Source of the DNA: Desulfomonilia bacterium
GTDB lineage: Bacteria; Desulfobacterota; Desulfomonilia; UBA1062
Length of the DNA: 64,000 bases
Assembly (NCBI GenBank): GCA_963664325.2
Contig: CAXXDQ010000007.1
Span: 480,001-544,000, forward strand
Direction: 5' to 3'
The notes beneath the pieces are model-generated. The model was not told the DNA's origin. It was given only the letters and a program-made list of their open reading frames with translations, and did not search any database. Each line of letters opens with the position of its first letter. Within the stretch, counting starts at the first letter, position 1. Positions 1 to 9,131 of the stretch are shown here, piece after piece. Both the position numbers and the translations under genes were made by a program.

Positions 1-98
1 TTTTCTTCATCCTGATAGATAACATCGGGGTTGTAGAGAATTGCACCATCTTCTCCCTCGTCCCGGAATGATATGTCAGGGGTCGCTTAATACTTCAA
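1..98 (-). pseudogene. 5' part of a disrupted PqqD/RRE-family gene, runs off the window
   Basis: Manual translation from TTG at 98 (overlapping the upstream stop): MKY*ATPDISFRDEGEDGAILYNPDVIYQDEE. TAA at 87-89. NPDVIYQDE is identical to the protein at 796..1083. Confidence 0.65.
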
Positions 99-346
99 AA
101 ACCACTCCCTACAGTAAGACAAGTCGTAGGGCTATTACCACTTGAATCACAATCGCCTATAGCGCCTATTCCATTGGCATAACAAGCTTGCATTGCTCCA
201 TTACCATTCGTAATGCAATCTTGAACATCCCCTGAACCAGCCCCAACACAATCACCCATAGATTTACGGGTGCCATCCAGCCTCATTACCTTCGGCGCTT
301 CGTAAACAGGCCTCACATCATTGACATTCTTTTTTTCTCTTGCCAT
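95..346 (-). CDS. Cys/Gly-rich RiPP precursor peptide (SynChlorMet ScmA-like), 83 aa
   Basis: ATG at 346 preceded by AAGGAGAGG. Leader carries YEAPKV (Y-x-x-P RRE-binding type). Core has five Cys spaced C-x10-C-x10-C-x10-C-x9-C, with C-x3-G repeats. PqqD genes on both sides. Confidence 0.8.
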   Translation of the reverse strand: MAREKKNVNDVRPVYEAPKVMRLDGTRKSMGDCVGAGSGDVQDCITNGNGAMQACYANGIGAIGDCDSSGNSPTTCLTVGSGF

Positions 347-392
347 TATCCTCTCCTTGTTTTTAACCAATAAGCAGGGTTCGCTTTATACC

Positions 393-641
393 TCAAAAAC
401 CACTCCCATCAGTAAGATAATTTACAGGGCTATTACCACTTGCTTCACAATCTCCTATAGCGCCTGATCCAGAAGCATGACAAATATCTATTGCACCATT
501 ACCATACGAAAGGCAATTTTGACCATCACCTTAACCCGCCGTACATTCCCCTAAAGATGTTCGGGTGCCGTCCAGTCTCATTACCTTTGGCGCTTCGTAA
601 ACAGGCCTCGCATCATCGAGATGCCTTTTTTCTTTTGCCAT
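393..641 (-). pseudogene. Second precursor peptide paralog with in-frame TAA
   Basis: Manual translation: MAKEKRHLDDARPVYEAPKVMRLDGTRTSLGECTAG*GDGQNCLSYGNGAIDICHASGSGAIGDCEASGNSPVNYLTDGSGF. TAA at 531-533 aligns with TCA (Ser) of the first copy. SD GGGAGGGG. Confidence 0.85.
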
Positions 642-795
642 TTTCCCCTCCCTTATCTTTATCCAATAAGAATGAGCAATATCTTATAATCTCAAAATTT
701 AAAAGGATGGGAAGTCAACATTCGTAGTACAGCAAACCATTACAATTTTAAAGATCTTCCAATCCGGCAACCGGCGGGCAAATTTGTCATAAGCA

Positions 796-1083
796 TCAAT
801 ACTCCACCTTATATCCGAAAAAACCGTTTGCCCTGAGGTTATCGATCAGTCCGGCAACATCATTATCAATATCATCAGGCACGCTTGAAAAGCTCTCTTT
901 TATAAGACCGATTATCTTTCCCACGCTTTTCCTACCGTCAGCCGCCTTCCAGATTGATTTGCCCGTACTGTTAACGGCAATCGAATTGCCAGTGTCCATA
1001 TTGACCAGAACGGCCCAGCCATCATCCTCATCCTGATAAATCACGTCCGGGTTCGGATACGGTATATACTCGTAATTTGACAT
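796..1083 (-). CDS. PqqD-family RiPP recognition element protein (ScmD-like)
   Basis: 95 aa with the PqqD pattern NPDV..E.DGWAVL...DTG....VN.TG..IWK..DG..SV..I....F..VP......V..LI..L...G. Confidence 0.85.
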   Translation of the reverse strand: MSNYEYIPYPNPDVIYQDEDDGWAVLVNMDTGNSIAVNSTGKSIWKAADGRKSVGKIIGLIKESFSSVPDDIDNDVAGLIDNLRANGFFGYKVEY

Positions 1084-1089
1084 ACCAAT

Positions 1090-1118
1090 AATCTATAAAA
1101 TTATTCTCAGACTGTAAA
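1090..1118 (-). promoter_or_regulatory. Candidate sigma70 promoter of the PqqD gene (possibly leaderless)
   Basis: TTTACA-17 bp-TAGATT, ending 6 nt before the ATG at 1083; no Shine-Dalgarno present. Confidence 0.4.
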
Positions 1119-1227
1119 ACAAAAAAACATCAACTTTATCATGGATTCATTTCATAATGCACAGTGAATAATAAACATATTTCCCGGACCAATCCTCGCC
1201 TCAAACCACACCTTAAATCTTTTCTTC

Positions 1228-2100
1228 TCATCTGGATTTTGAAAAGTCTCCGCGCAGATACGGGACAAGCGAACTTATGACAAACCAGGCAAAGGCCGCA
1301 AGGATTACTGTGGCGCCTGTAGCGGTATAGGCCCATTCCTGAGCGGAAATTATCAGGCCGGCTGCGGCCGACGTTATGCTTATCAGAACCGCCCACCAGA
1401 ACATGGCGCCGGCCGTGCGGGACAGATTCCTTGCCGCAGCAGCAGGTACAATGAGAAGGGCCGTTACAAGCAGAACCCCCACTGCCCTTACCGAAAAGAT
1501 CACCACGACTGAAAGCAGCGCGGCATACATGTACTGATAAAAAGCGACCTTTATCCGGTGCGCCCTGGCAAGTGCATGGTTGAGTCCGATATAAAACAGA
1601 CGGTTGTAGCTGAAACCCATAAAAACAATGATGATAAGGGCAAGGGCTGCAAGCCTTAATATATCGCCGGTGCTTATGGACAATATGTCGCCATACAAAA
1701 AGATCTGCATATCGCGGGCTACGCTGCGGTCGCGGCTGACTATCGCAATTCCGAATGCTACGACGGCGGAAAAGAAAACACCTACAACAGTATCCATGGA
1801 AAGCTTGCTTTTCCGCTGCATCACCGTAATGGAAAGTCCGACAATCAGGGCGAATACGACCATAGTAACTGAAGGGTTCATTGATGCCATCAATCCTATG
1901 GCGACTCCTGTAAAGGCCGAATGGCTTATTGCATCAGAGAAAAACGCCATCCTGAAATTTACGACCTGTATGCCCATGACAGCGGCCATCGGCGCCAGAA
2001 GCAAGAGCCCGACAAGCGCCTGCTGCATGAACCTTGCTTCCATACATTCGAAAGGAAGCGCCAGAGGTATGATACCGTAAACAGCTGACAGGTCAGGCAT
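1228..2100 (-). CDS. znuB: Zn/Mn ABC transporter permease
   Basis: Hydrophobic; DAISHSAFTG, LYGDIL and VGVLLVTALLIVPAAAAR motifs; start at MPDLS overlaps the znuC end. Confidence 0.9.
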   Translation of the reverse strand: MPDLSAVYGIIPLALPFECMEARFMQQALVGLLLLAPMAAVMGIQVVNFRMAFFSDAISHSAFTGVAIGLMASMNPSVTMVVFALIVGLSITVMQRKSKLSMDTVVGVFFSAVVAFGIAIVSRDRSVARDMQIFLYGDILSISTGDILRLAALALIIIVFMGFSYNRLFYIGLNHALARAHRIKVAFYQYMYAALLSVVVIFSVRAVGVLLVTALLIVPAAAARNLSRTAGAMFWWAVLISITSAAAGLIISAQEWAYTATGATVILAAFAWFVISSLVPYLRGDFSKSR

Positions 2101-2899
2101 TCGCAACACCCCCGCCATTTTCCTCATCACATTCTGTACAACCGTCCTTTATCGGCCTGAAGCTGAGCTCTCCGATATGAGGACCGAACATGTCAAGCAG
2201 TATGCCCTTGTTGAAAATGTCTTTCGGCGCACCTTCCGCAATCAATTTCCTATTGAGGCAAATCACATGGCTAGCATGGTAGGCCACCATTCCCAGATCA
2301 TGGCTGACCATAAGCTGGGTAAAGCCTTTTTCAATTCTGAGGTGCTCAAGGAGATGGCAGAAAACCTGGCCTCCTTTCATATCAACACCGGCGTCAGGTT
2401 CATCAAGAACAAGGATTTCCGGATCCCTCTGAATGGCAAGAGCCAGCAGAACCCTCTGCATCTCTCCGCCTGAAAGAGCACCGAGTCTTCTTCTCAAAAG
2501 GTGCTCGGCCTTTACCGAATAAAGCAGTTGAGAGGCAGTCTCCTGCATGCTTCTGTCTATTCCGAGCCAGAACGGTTTTTTCTGAACACCCATGGACAGG
2601 AATTCGATTACGGTTAAAGGAATACCCCTGTCAAAGGCGAACCGCTGCGGGACATAACCTATTCTGACTCCGCTCTTTGAATCATGTGAATAAATTCTAA
2701 TATCGCCTCTGTATTTTATCTCGCCGAGCAGAGCAAGCAGCAGCGTTGTTTTCCCGGCGCCGTTCGGGCCTATGATTGCCGTGCACTCTCCCTCAGGGAC
2801 ATCCGCATTTATATTCTCAAGGATCGACACCCCTCCCATTTCCACGCCTAAATTTTTAAATTGAATGGCTGACTTAACGGACAGATGTTCTTTTTCCAT
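2093..2899 (-). CDS. znuC: Zn/Mn ABC transporter ATP-binding protein
   Basis: GPNGAGKT, IGYVPQR, LSGGE, LVLDEP, VSHD. Confidence 0.92.
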   Translation of the reverse strand: MEKEHLSVKSAIQFKNLGVEMGGVSILENINADVPEGECTAIIGPNGAGKTTLLLALLGEIKYRGDIRIYSHDSKSGVRIGYVPQRFAFDRGIPLTVIEFLSMGVQKKPFWLGIDRSMQETASQLLYSVKAEHLLRRRLGALSGGEMQRVLLALAIQRDPEILVLDEPDAGVDMKGGQVFCHLLEHLRIEKGFTQLMVSHDLGMVAYHASHVICLNRKLIAEGAPKDIFNKGILLDMFGPHIGELSFRPIKDGCTECDEENGGGVANA

Positions 2900-2900
2900 T

Positions 2901-3854
2901 CTATTTCTTCCCCAGTGTCACTTTTAATGTCTCTATGTTTTTCATCATAACCATTTCATAATAGTTGAGGCCTGCATTTTCAGGGCCCGTGGCAACAGGG
3001 TCGAGTATTGCTGACGGTATGCCGGCCTCTTTTGCTATAACCTGCGGCACCTTTGATGAATACTGGGGTTCATAAAAAACGGCGCCCGCCTTATATCTCT
3101 TGACTTCCCTTATTATTGAAAGCATCTCCGATGCCGACGGTTCCTGGCCGGGATGCGACTCTATAACGGCAACTATATCAAGACCTGCATCGCGCGCCAG
3201 ATAATCGAACACCCCGTGCTGGGTAACGATATTCCTGTTTTTAAGCATCTTAACCGATGAAACGAAATTATCCGACAGGCGGTTCATTTTTGAAGCATAG
3301 GCCTTTGCATTCCTGTTGTAGGTTTCAGCCCCGCCGGGGTCGGCTTTTGAAAGAGCCGAGGCTATGTTCATGGCAAGCTGACCACACATACGGGGGCTTG
3401 CAAAAAGGTGCGGGTTTACACCTTCATGATGATGGTCCTTGACCTTGTCATGGCCCGTCAGAATCTGACCGCCATCCGCGTTTCCGAGAAGGTTTTTTAT
3501 GCCCGCCGAACTGTCAACAACCCTCAACCGGCTGTTCGCCTTCCCGAGAATCGTGTCCATGAACTCCTCCATCCCCAGACCGTTTATTATAAGGATATCC
3601 GCCCTGGAAATCTTTTGCATGTCCTTCGGCGTCAAGGAATAATCATGCGGGCACCCGGATGCCGGAGGCAGCATCAATTCGACTTTGACCGCAGCATTTC
3701 CCTGAACGACATTCCTGGTTATCTGATAAACGGGAAAAGTGCTGCAGAGGACTTCCATCTTTTTCCCTGACGAATAAACCTCGCCGGTCATCAGAAATGA
3801 CAATAGGAAAATACAGCTCATAATGATGGCCTTCATTTCACACTTTCCAATCAT
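2901..3854 (-). CDS. znuA: Zn ABC transporter substrate-binding protein
   Basis: Signal peptide, CPHDY, NGLGME, His-rich loop DHHHEGVNPH, VTQH. Confidence 0.9.
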   Translation of the reverse strand: MIGKCEMKAIIMSCIFLLSFLMTGEVYSSGKKMEVLCSTFPVYQITRNVVQGNAAVKVELMLPPASGCPHDYSLTPKDMQKISRADILIINGLGMEEFMDTILGKANSRLRVVDSSAGIKNLLGNADGGQILTGHDKVKDHHHEGVNPHLFASPRMCGQLAMNIASALSKADPGGAETYNRNAKAYASKMNRLSDNFVSSVKMLKNRNIVTQHGVFDYLARDAGLDIVAVIESHPGQEPSASEMLSIIREVKRYKAGAVFYEPQYSSKVPQVIAKEAGIPSAILDPVATGPENAGLNYYEMVMMKNIETLKVTLGKK

Positions 3855-3878
3855 TTACCGGCCCCTTTAAAATAGCTT

Positions 3879-3898
3879 ATTGCAAACTCATTTGCATT
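3879..3898. promoter_or_regulatory. Candidate Zur/Fur-family operator
   Basis: Palindrome TGCAAA-CTCA-TTTGCA (3881-3896) between the divergent znuA and Fur-family genes. Confidence 0.6.
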
Positions 3899-3973
3899 AT
3901 GATTATTAACAATAAACATGTCAATCGTTATTGGGATTTAGCTCATAACAATAAATTTCAAGAAGGTTTAGGA

Positions 3974-4351
3974 ATGTACAAGCGAAACACATCTCGAAGA
4001 AAACTGCTTGAGGAGATCATGTCATCAAGCGCAACCCCTTTAAGTGTTCAGGATATCTTATCCAAAGGAAGGGCGCGGATCAAGTCGCTAAACCAGGCCA
4101 CCGTTTACAGAAACCTGAAGATTCTCGTAGAAAACGAACGGCTGAAGGTCATCTCCCACCCGGCGCTGGGCCATCTCTATGAAATGAAGGAAAAGGACCA
4201 TCACCACCACTTTTATTGTCAGAAATGCGATAAGGTCTACCAGCTTGACGGCTGCCCGCTGAAGAAAACAGGTATTTCACCACCAGGATTTGTGCTTGAG
4301 GACCATGAAGTGTACCTCTCGGGCATCTGTGCAGACTGCAACAGAAGCTGA
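3974..4351 (+). CDS. zur: Fur-family transcriptional regulator, likely Zur
   Basis: ATVYRNL, HHHHFYCQKC and C-terminal CADC; divergent from znuABC; ATG 3974 after AGGA. Confidence 0.8.
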   Translation: MYKRNTSRRKLLEEIMSSSATPLSVQDILSKGRARIKSLNQATVYRNLKILVENERLKVISHPALGHLYEMKEKDHHHHFYCQKCDKVYQLDGCPLKKTGISPPGFVLEDHEVYLSGICADCNRS

Positions 4352-4354
4352 GGA

Positions 4355-5728
4355 CTATTCCGGCTGAGTTTTCTTTTTCCTTTCTTCAAGCTGCCTCCTT
4401 ACCTCTTCATGGCTTTCCTTTGTAATGGGCAGGAGCTTTACGAAGACACCGGAAATGATGAAAAATATCCCGGGACCGATGCCGATCATAACCCTTATGC
4501 AGGTAAGCGCTGCCTGAGGTTGTGGCAGCGTGCTGTTTTCCATATAGCCGAATATACCCATCAGCATGGATGCAGCCCATATCACAATTCCGGTAAGGAT
4601 GGTCAGCAGTGAGAATGTTACGCCGTAAAAGGCCCCTTCCCTCCTAACGCCGTTTGAGAGTTCGTCAAACTCGATGACGTCGGGCATCATGGAAAAAGGG
4701 ATCACCTGGGTAGCAGAAATACCGATGCCGGCAAGCCCGCAAAGGATGCCTGCGGCAGCGATATTCGATGGCGGCAGGAAAAGCGCGCTCAACATTACGA
4801 TAACCATATATGCCATTGCCAGGAAAAACGCCGTCTTCTTTCCCTTCTTCTCGCCGATGTAAACCCAGAGCGGAGCGGCGACAACCGCAGTGATCAGCGG
4901 CAGGCCCAGCAGTATGTAGGTCATGCTTTCAGGCATTTTCAGAACGTCCTTCAGATAGAACAGAAAAAGGCATTGTATGAGATTGAATCCCAAGAGGTTC
5001 ATTATGAACATGGTGATGGCTATCCTCGATTCCCTGAGCTTCATGATGGAGCCTATGATCCTGAACATGCCGCCTGTGACTTCGGCCTCTGACTTCACCC
5101 TTTCCTTTGTCCAGAAAAACGTTATCAGAAGAGAGACCAGGAAAACCGCTCCGCCGATCAGGCCCATGACGGGATAGCTTTCTCTGTAAAACTCCCTGCC
5201 CTTGTATATTTCGTCTACGATAAGGGCGACGCCTGCGGCGCCTATGAGATTTCCCACGAAAGTGAGCCCCATCCTTATCCCGGATATGCTGGTACGCTCG
5301 TCATAATTCATAGAAAGTTCCGGCATGAGAGAATTGTAAGGCAGCGCCACAAAGGTATAAATGGTGACATAGAGCACGTATACAACTGAAAAATATATGA
5401 TGTTGGACATATGACCGCTGAACGGGACGACCCATAAAAGCACGAACAGGACCGAAACCGGCAAAGAGCCGAAAATTATGAAGGGCCTTCTCCTGCCGAA
5501 CCTTGTCTCCGTCCTGTCGGATATCATCCCGACAATAAAGTTCAGCACGGCATTATAGATATTGACCGCCAGGAATATGCTTCCTGCAAGCTTGGCGGGC
5601 ACCCCTGTAACGTTGATGACGAAATACAAGAGATAAAAACTTACCGCGGTGAATACGACATTGATGCCGAAATCTCCTATGCCGTATGCGAACTTTTCCC
5701 AGAGCGGAACGACAAATCCCGGTTTCAT
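4355..5728 (-). CDS. MFS GPH (MelB-like) sugar:cation symporter
   Basis: YGIGDFG, SDRTETRFGRRRPF, PYNSLMPELS..YDERT, DVIEFDE..GVRREG. Confidence 0.88.
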   Translation of the reverse strand: MKPGFVVPLWEKFAYGIGDFGINVVFTAVSFYLLYFVINVTGVPAKLAGSIFLAVNIYNAVLNFIVGMISDRTETRFGRRRPFIIFGSLPVSVLFVLLWVVPFSGHMSNIIYFSVVYVLYVTIYTFVALPYNSLMPELSMNYDERTSISGIRMGLTFVGNLIGAAGVALIVDEIYKGREFYRESYPVMGLIGGAVFLVSLLITFFWTKERVKSEAEVTGGMFRIIGSIMKLRESRIAITMFIMNLLGFNLIQCLFLFYLKDVLKMPESMTYILLGLPLITAVVAAPLWVYIGEKKGKKTAFFLAMAYMVIVMLSALFLPPSNIAAAGILCGLAGIGISATQVIPFSMMPDVIEFDELSNGVRREGAFYGVTFSLLTILTGIVIWAASMLMGIFGYMENSTLPQPQAALTCIRVMIGIGPGIFFIISGVFVKLLPITKESHEEVRRQLEERKKKTQPE

Positions 5729-5934
5729 GCATACTCCCTTCTCAAAGGCAGACAGATCATGATTCATTATATTATTCCAGAAACATCATGAATTCAATTA
5801 TTCTGTTCCGGGTGCAAAATCATGCTTGCCCTTTCATAACTGTTGACCGCAGCCTAATGCAAATGTATGAATAACTGGCCTGATCAAAGGCATGATCAGA
5901 TAAAATAATATCAAGAAACTGGGGAGGTAGTATT

Positions 5935-7101
5935 ATGAAAGGATTAAGATTTCTGGCAGTTTTTCTCTTATGCGCATTGATTGCAGCACCAGCAACGGCG
6001 GCAAATAACGAACCCATCAAGATAGGGGCGATACTGGGAGTCACCGGACCTGCGGCCAACCTGGGAAAACCCGAGGCCAACACACTTGAAATGCTTACAG
6101 CCGATATCAACAAGAAGGGCGGCATCAACGGCCGCAAGATACAGCTCATAATCAAGGATTCGGCGGCAAGTCCCGAAAAGGCCATCTCTTTTGCAAAACA
6201 GCTCATAGATGAAGACAAGGTCGTTGCGATAATCGGCCCGTCGACCAGCGGCGAGTCCATGAAAATCAAAGGCATTGCAGAAGACGGCAAAACCATACTG
6301 ATGTCATGCGCCGCAGCTGAAGCGATTGTCGTTCCCGTCAAGAAATACATATTCAAGACGCCTCAGAACGACAGGTTCGCAGCCATGAAAATTTTCTATC
6401 AGATGAACAAGATGGGCATCAAACAGATAGCAATCCTCTCAAGCAATACCGGCTTCGGCAATGCGGGGAAACAGCAGCTTGAGAACATCGCACCCCAGTA
6501 CGGAATCTCTATCGTCGCAAACGAGGTCTATGACAAGGAAGCGACCGACCTTTCGGCAGTCATTACAAAAGTCAAGACCGCAGGGGCCCAGGCCATTGTC
6601 AACTGGTCGATAGAACCAGCGCAGTCCATAGTGATAAAGAACGCCAGGCAGGCGCTCGGGCCAAAATTCCCCATCTTTCAGAGTCATGGATTCGGCAACA
6701 TAAATTATGTCAAGGCGGCCGGGCCTGCTGCAGATGGCGTGATTTTCCCTGCAGGCAGACTCCTCATTGCCAACCTGCTGCCTAATACCAACAAGCAGAA
6801 ACCCGTCCTTTTGAAGTACAAGAAGGACTACGAAGCCAGCTACAAGGAAGAAGCCAGCACATTCGGCGGCCACGCATACGATGCCTTTACAATACTGGTT
6901 TCGGCGATCAGAAAGGCCGGAACAGACAATGAAAAACTCCGCACTGAAATAGAAAACATGAAAGGTCTTGTAGGGACTGCGGGTATTTTCAATTTCTCTC
7001 CCTCTGACCACAACGGCCTTAACATGGATTCTTTCGTAATGCTTACGGTAAAGAACGGCAAATTCGTCCCTCTACCGGACACCCCGGTAAAAACGAAATA
7101 G
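5935..7101 (+). CDS. Liv-type ABC substrate-binding protein
   Basis: Signal peptide, PIKIGAIL..TGPAA, INKKGGINGRKI; first gene of a HAAT operon. Confidence 0.9.
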   Translation: MKGLRFLAVFLLCALIAAPATAANNEPIKIGAILGVTGPAANLGKPEANTLEMLTADINKKGGINGRKIQLIIKDSAASPEKAISFAKQLIDEDKVVAIIGPSTSGESMKIKGIAEDGKTILMSCAAAEAIVVPVKKYIFKTPQNDRFAAMKIFYQMNKMGIKQIAILSSNTGFGNAGKQQLENIAPQYGISIVANEVYDKEATDLSAVITKVKTAGAQAIVNWSIEPAQSIVIKNARQALGPKFPIFQSHGFGNINYVKAAGPAADGVIFPAGRLLIANLLPNTNKQKPVLLKYKKDYEASYKEEASTFGGHAYDAFTILVSAIRKAGTDNEKLRTEIENMKGLVGTAGIFNFSPSDHNGLNMDSFVMLTVKNGKFVPLPDTPVKTK

Positions 7102-7113
7102 TTCCTAATAACC

Positions 7114-7141
7114 GGGATGAGGTTTATTCATGCCTCATCCC
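7114..7141 (+). other. Intercistronic stem-loop after the binding-protein gene
   Basis: GGGATGAGG-10 nt-CCTCATCCC followed by TTT. Confidence 0.55.
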
Positions 7142-7158
7142 TTTACCTAACCAAAGGC

Positions 7159-8049
7159 ATGGGCATAGAAACCTTTTTCCAGTATATAATAGCAGGAATC
7201 ACCTACGGTACGATCTACGCAATTGTAGCCATCGGCTTCAACATCATCTACAACGCCACAGGGATAATAAATTTCGCGCAGGGCGAATTTGTAATGCTGG
7301 GGGCAATGACGGCAGTTACGCTTAACGAATACATGCCTCTGCCTGCCGCAATAATCTGCGCCGTTATCATAACAATGATGATAGGGGCTCTCATCGAAAT
7401 CCTCTTCATACGCTGGCTCAAAAACCCGGCCGTTCTGAGGCTCACGATAATAACCATCGGACTTTCTATTCTGATAAGGGAGGCGGCCCTTCACATCTGG
7501 GGTGCGGGTGTCAGATCACTGCCCTATTTTACAGGCACCGCCGTCACCACGATATCCATTGGAGGCGTGCTTGTATCCCCGCAGATACTATGGGTGATTG
7601 GTGTCTCCGGGATAATGGTTCTGATCCTGAGCTTCTTTTTCAATTATACACTCGCAGGCAAGCAGATGAGGGCCTGCTCATCGAACAGCGATGCCGCAAG
7701 ACTGTGCGGAATCAATGCAAAAAACATGGTAAGCCTTTCCTTCATATTGAGCGCAGGTCTCGGGGCGCTTGCGGGGTGCGTCGTGTGCCCGATCACCTAT
7801 GTCCAGTATGACAGCGGAACCAGCCTGGCAATCAAGGGCTTCACGGTGGCGATCCTGGGCGGTCTCGGAAACAGTCCCGCCGCAATAGCCGCCGGAATGA
7901 TCCTGGGCATCATGGAATCGTTCTCCATATGCATAATGCCTACGGCGTACAAGGACGTCATAGCCATCACCCTGCTCCTTCTGATACTTTTCGTGAGGCC
8001 TTCAGGCCTGTTCGGAAACGCCGAAACCTCACGCCTGAAGGAGTTCTGA
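7159..8049 (+). CDS. livH: HAAT ABC permease
   Basis: GIINFAQGEFVMLGA, GKQMRA, AILGGLGN. Confidence 0.9.
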   Translation: MGIETFFQYIIAGITYGTIYAIVAIGFNIIYNATGIINFAQGEFVMLGAMTAVTLNEYMPLPAAIICAVIITMMIGALIEILFIRWLKNPAVLRLTIITIGLSILIREAALHIWGAGVRSLPYFTGTAVTTISIGGVLVSPQILWVIGVSGIMVLILSFFFNYTLAGKQMRACSSNSDAARLCGINAKNMVSLSFILSAGLGALAGCVVCPITYVQYDSGTSLAIKGFTVAILGGLGNSPAAIAAGMILGIMESFSICIMPTAYKDVIAITLLLLILFVRPSGLFGNAETSRLKEF

Positions 8050-9131
8050 TGTTCACAGGCAAGAATTATCAGATCGGTCTTCTGGTCTTCATTGTGATAG
8101 CGATACAGCTGCTGATTACTTTTGCGGGCAAAACGCCTTATCTGACCCAGCTTACCATGACCGGCTATTATTCCATGGTCATCATAGGACTTACCCTTCT
8201 GATGGGGTATACAGGTCAGATATCTTTGGGGCATGCCGGTTTCTTTGCTATAGGAGGCTACACTTCCGCCTTCCTGACAACATTCAATATGCTGCCATAC
8301 AAGGCAAAGTCTCTGGTGGCATTTCTTAACAACATAGGGTTGCTTACGCTCCGCAAGGACCTTTACGAAACGGACATACTCACAATGACTCCATGGGCGG
8401 CATGCATTGCCGCAGTCCTTCTGAGTGTCGTTATCGCCTGGATAATCGGCAGGCCGGTGCTCAAACTCAAGGGACACTACCTTGCCATGGCGACGCTCGG
8501 CTTCGGTACGATAATATACAAAATCGTGCTTGCAACCACTTTCCTGGGTGCTGCGGACGGAATTTCCGACATACCTGGCTTCTGTATTTTTCCGGGTCTG
8601 GAGGTAAGCGGAAAGTCGTCCCTTCGCATAGAGAATTATTATATAGCATGGGGTCTTGTAGTCATAAGCATGATTCTGCTTACGAACCTTATACATTCCA
8701 GGGTCGGCCGCGCGCTGCGATCCATACATGCGGCCGAGGACGCATCCAATGCCATGGGCGTGAACACCTCCCAGTACAAACTGAAGATATTTATCCTGAG
8801 CGCGGCGCTCGCCTCCCTGGGCGGCGTGTTCCTTACGCATTTCAACGGCGGCATAGGACCCTCGGAAGCCTCCATCATGAAGTCTGTCAGATATGTGGCT
8901 ATTGTGGCAATCGGAGGCATGGCAAACCTCTGGGGTGCATTGTTCATGGGTGTGCTGCTTAATTTCCTTTCCCTAAGGGGTTACCTGGGCTCATATGACG
9001 ATGCGGTCTTCGGTGCGATACTTATTGTTATAATGCTCTTTGCCCCTGACGGGCTTTTAAGAAAAGAACTGTTCACCGGCATACCGGATAAGCTGAAACA
9101 CATGGTTAAAAGAAAGGGGTCTTCGGCATGA
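8049..9131 (+). CDS. livM: HAAT ABC permease
   Basis: GYTGQISLGHAGF, LKGHYLAMATLGF, SRVGRALRSI; TGATG coupling at 8047-8051. Confidence 0.9.
   Translation: MFTGKNYQIGLLVFIVIAIQLLITFAGKTPYLTQLTMTGYYSMVIIGLTLLMGYTGQISLGHAGFFAIGGYTSAFLTTFNMLPYKAKSLVAFLNNIGLLTLRKDLYETDILTMTPWAACIAAVLLSVVIAWIIGRPVLKLKGHYLAMATLGFGTIIYKIVLATTFLGAADGISDIPGFCIFPGLEVSGKSSLRIENYYIAWGLVVISMILLTNLIHSRVGRALRSIHAAEDASNAMGVNTSQYKLKIFILSAALASLGGVFLTHFNGGIGPSEASIMKSVRYVAIVAIGGMANLWGALFMGVLLNFLSLRGYLGSYDDAVFGAILIVIMLFAPDGLLRKELFTGIPDKLKHMVKRKGSSA

Noticed and set aside
491-727. 78-aa plus-strand ORF
   Set aside because: Antisense shadow of the second precursor copy; no family features.
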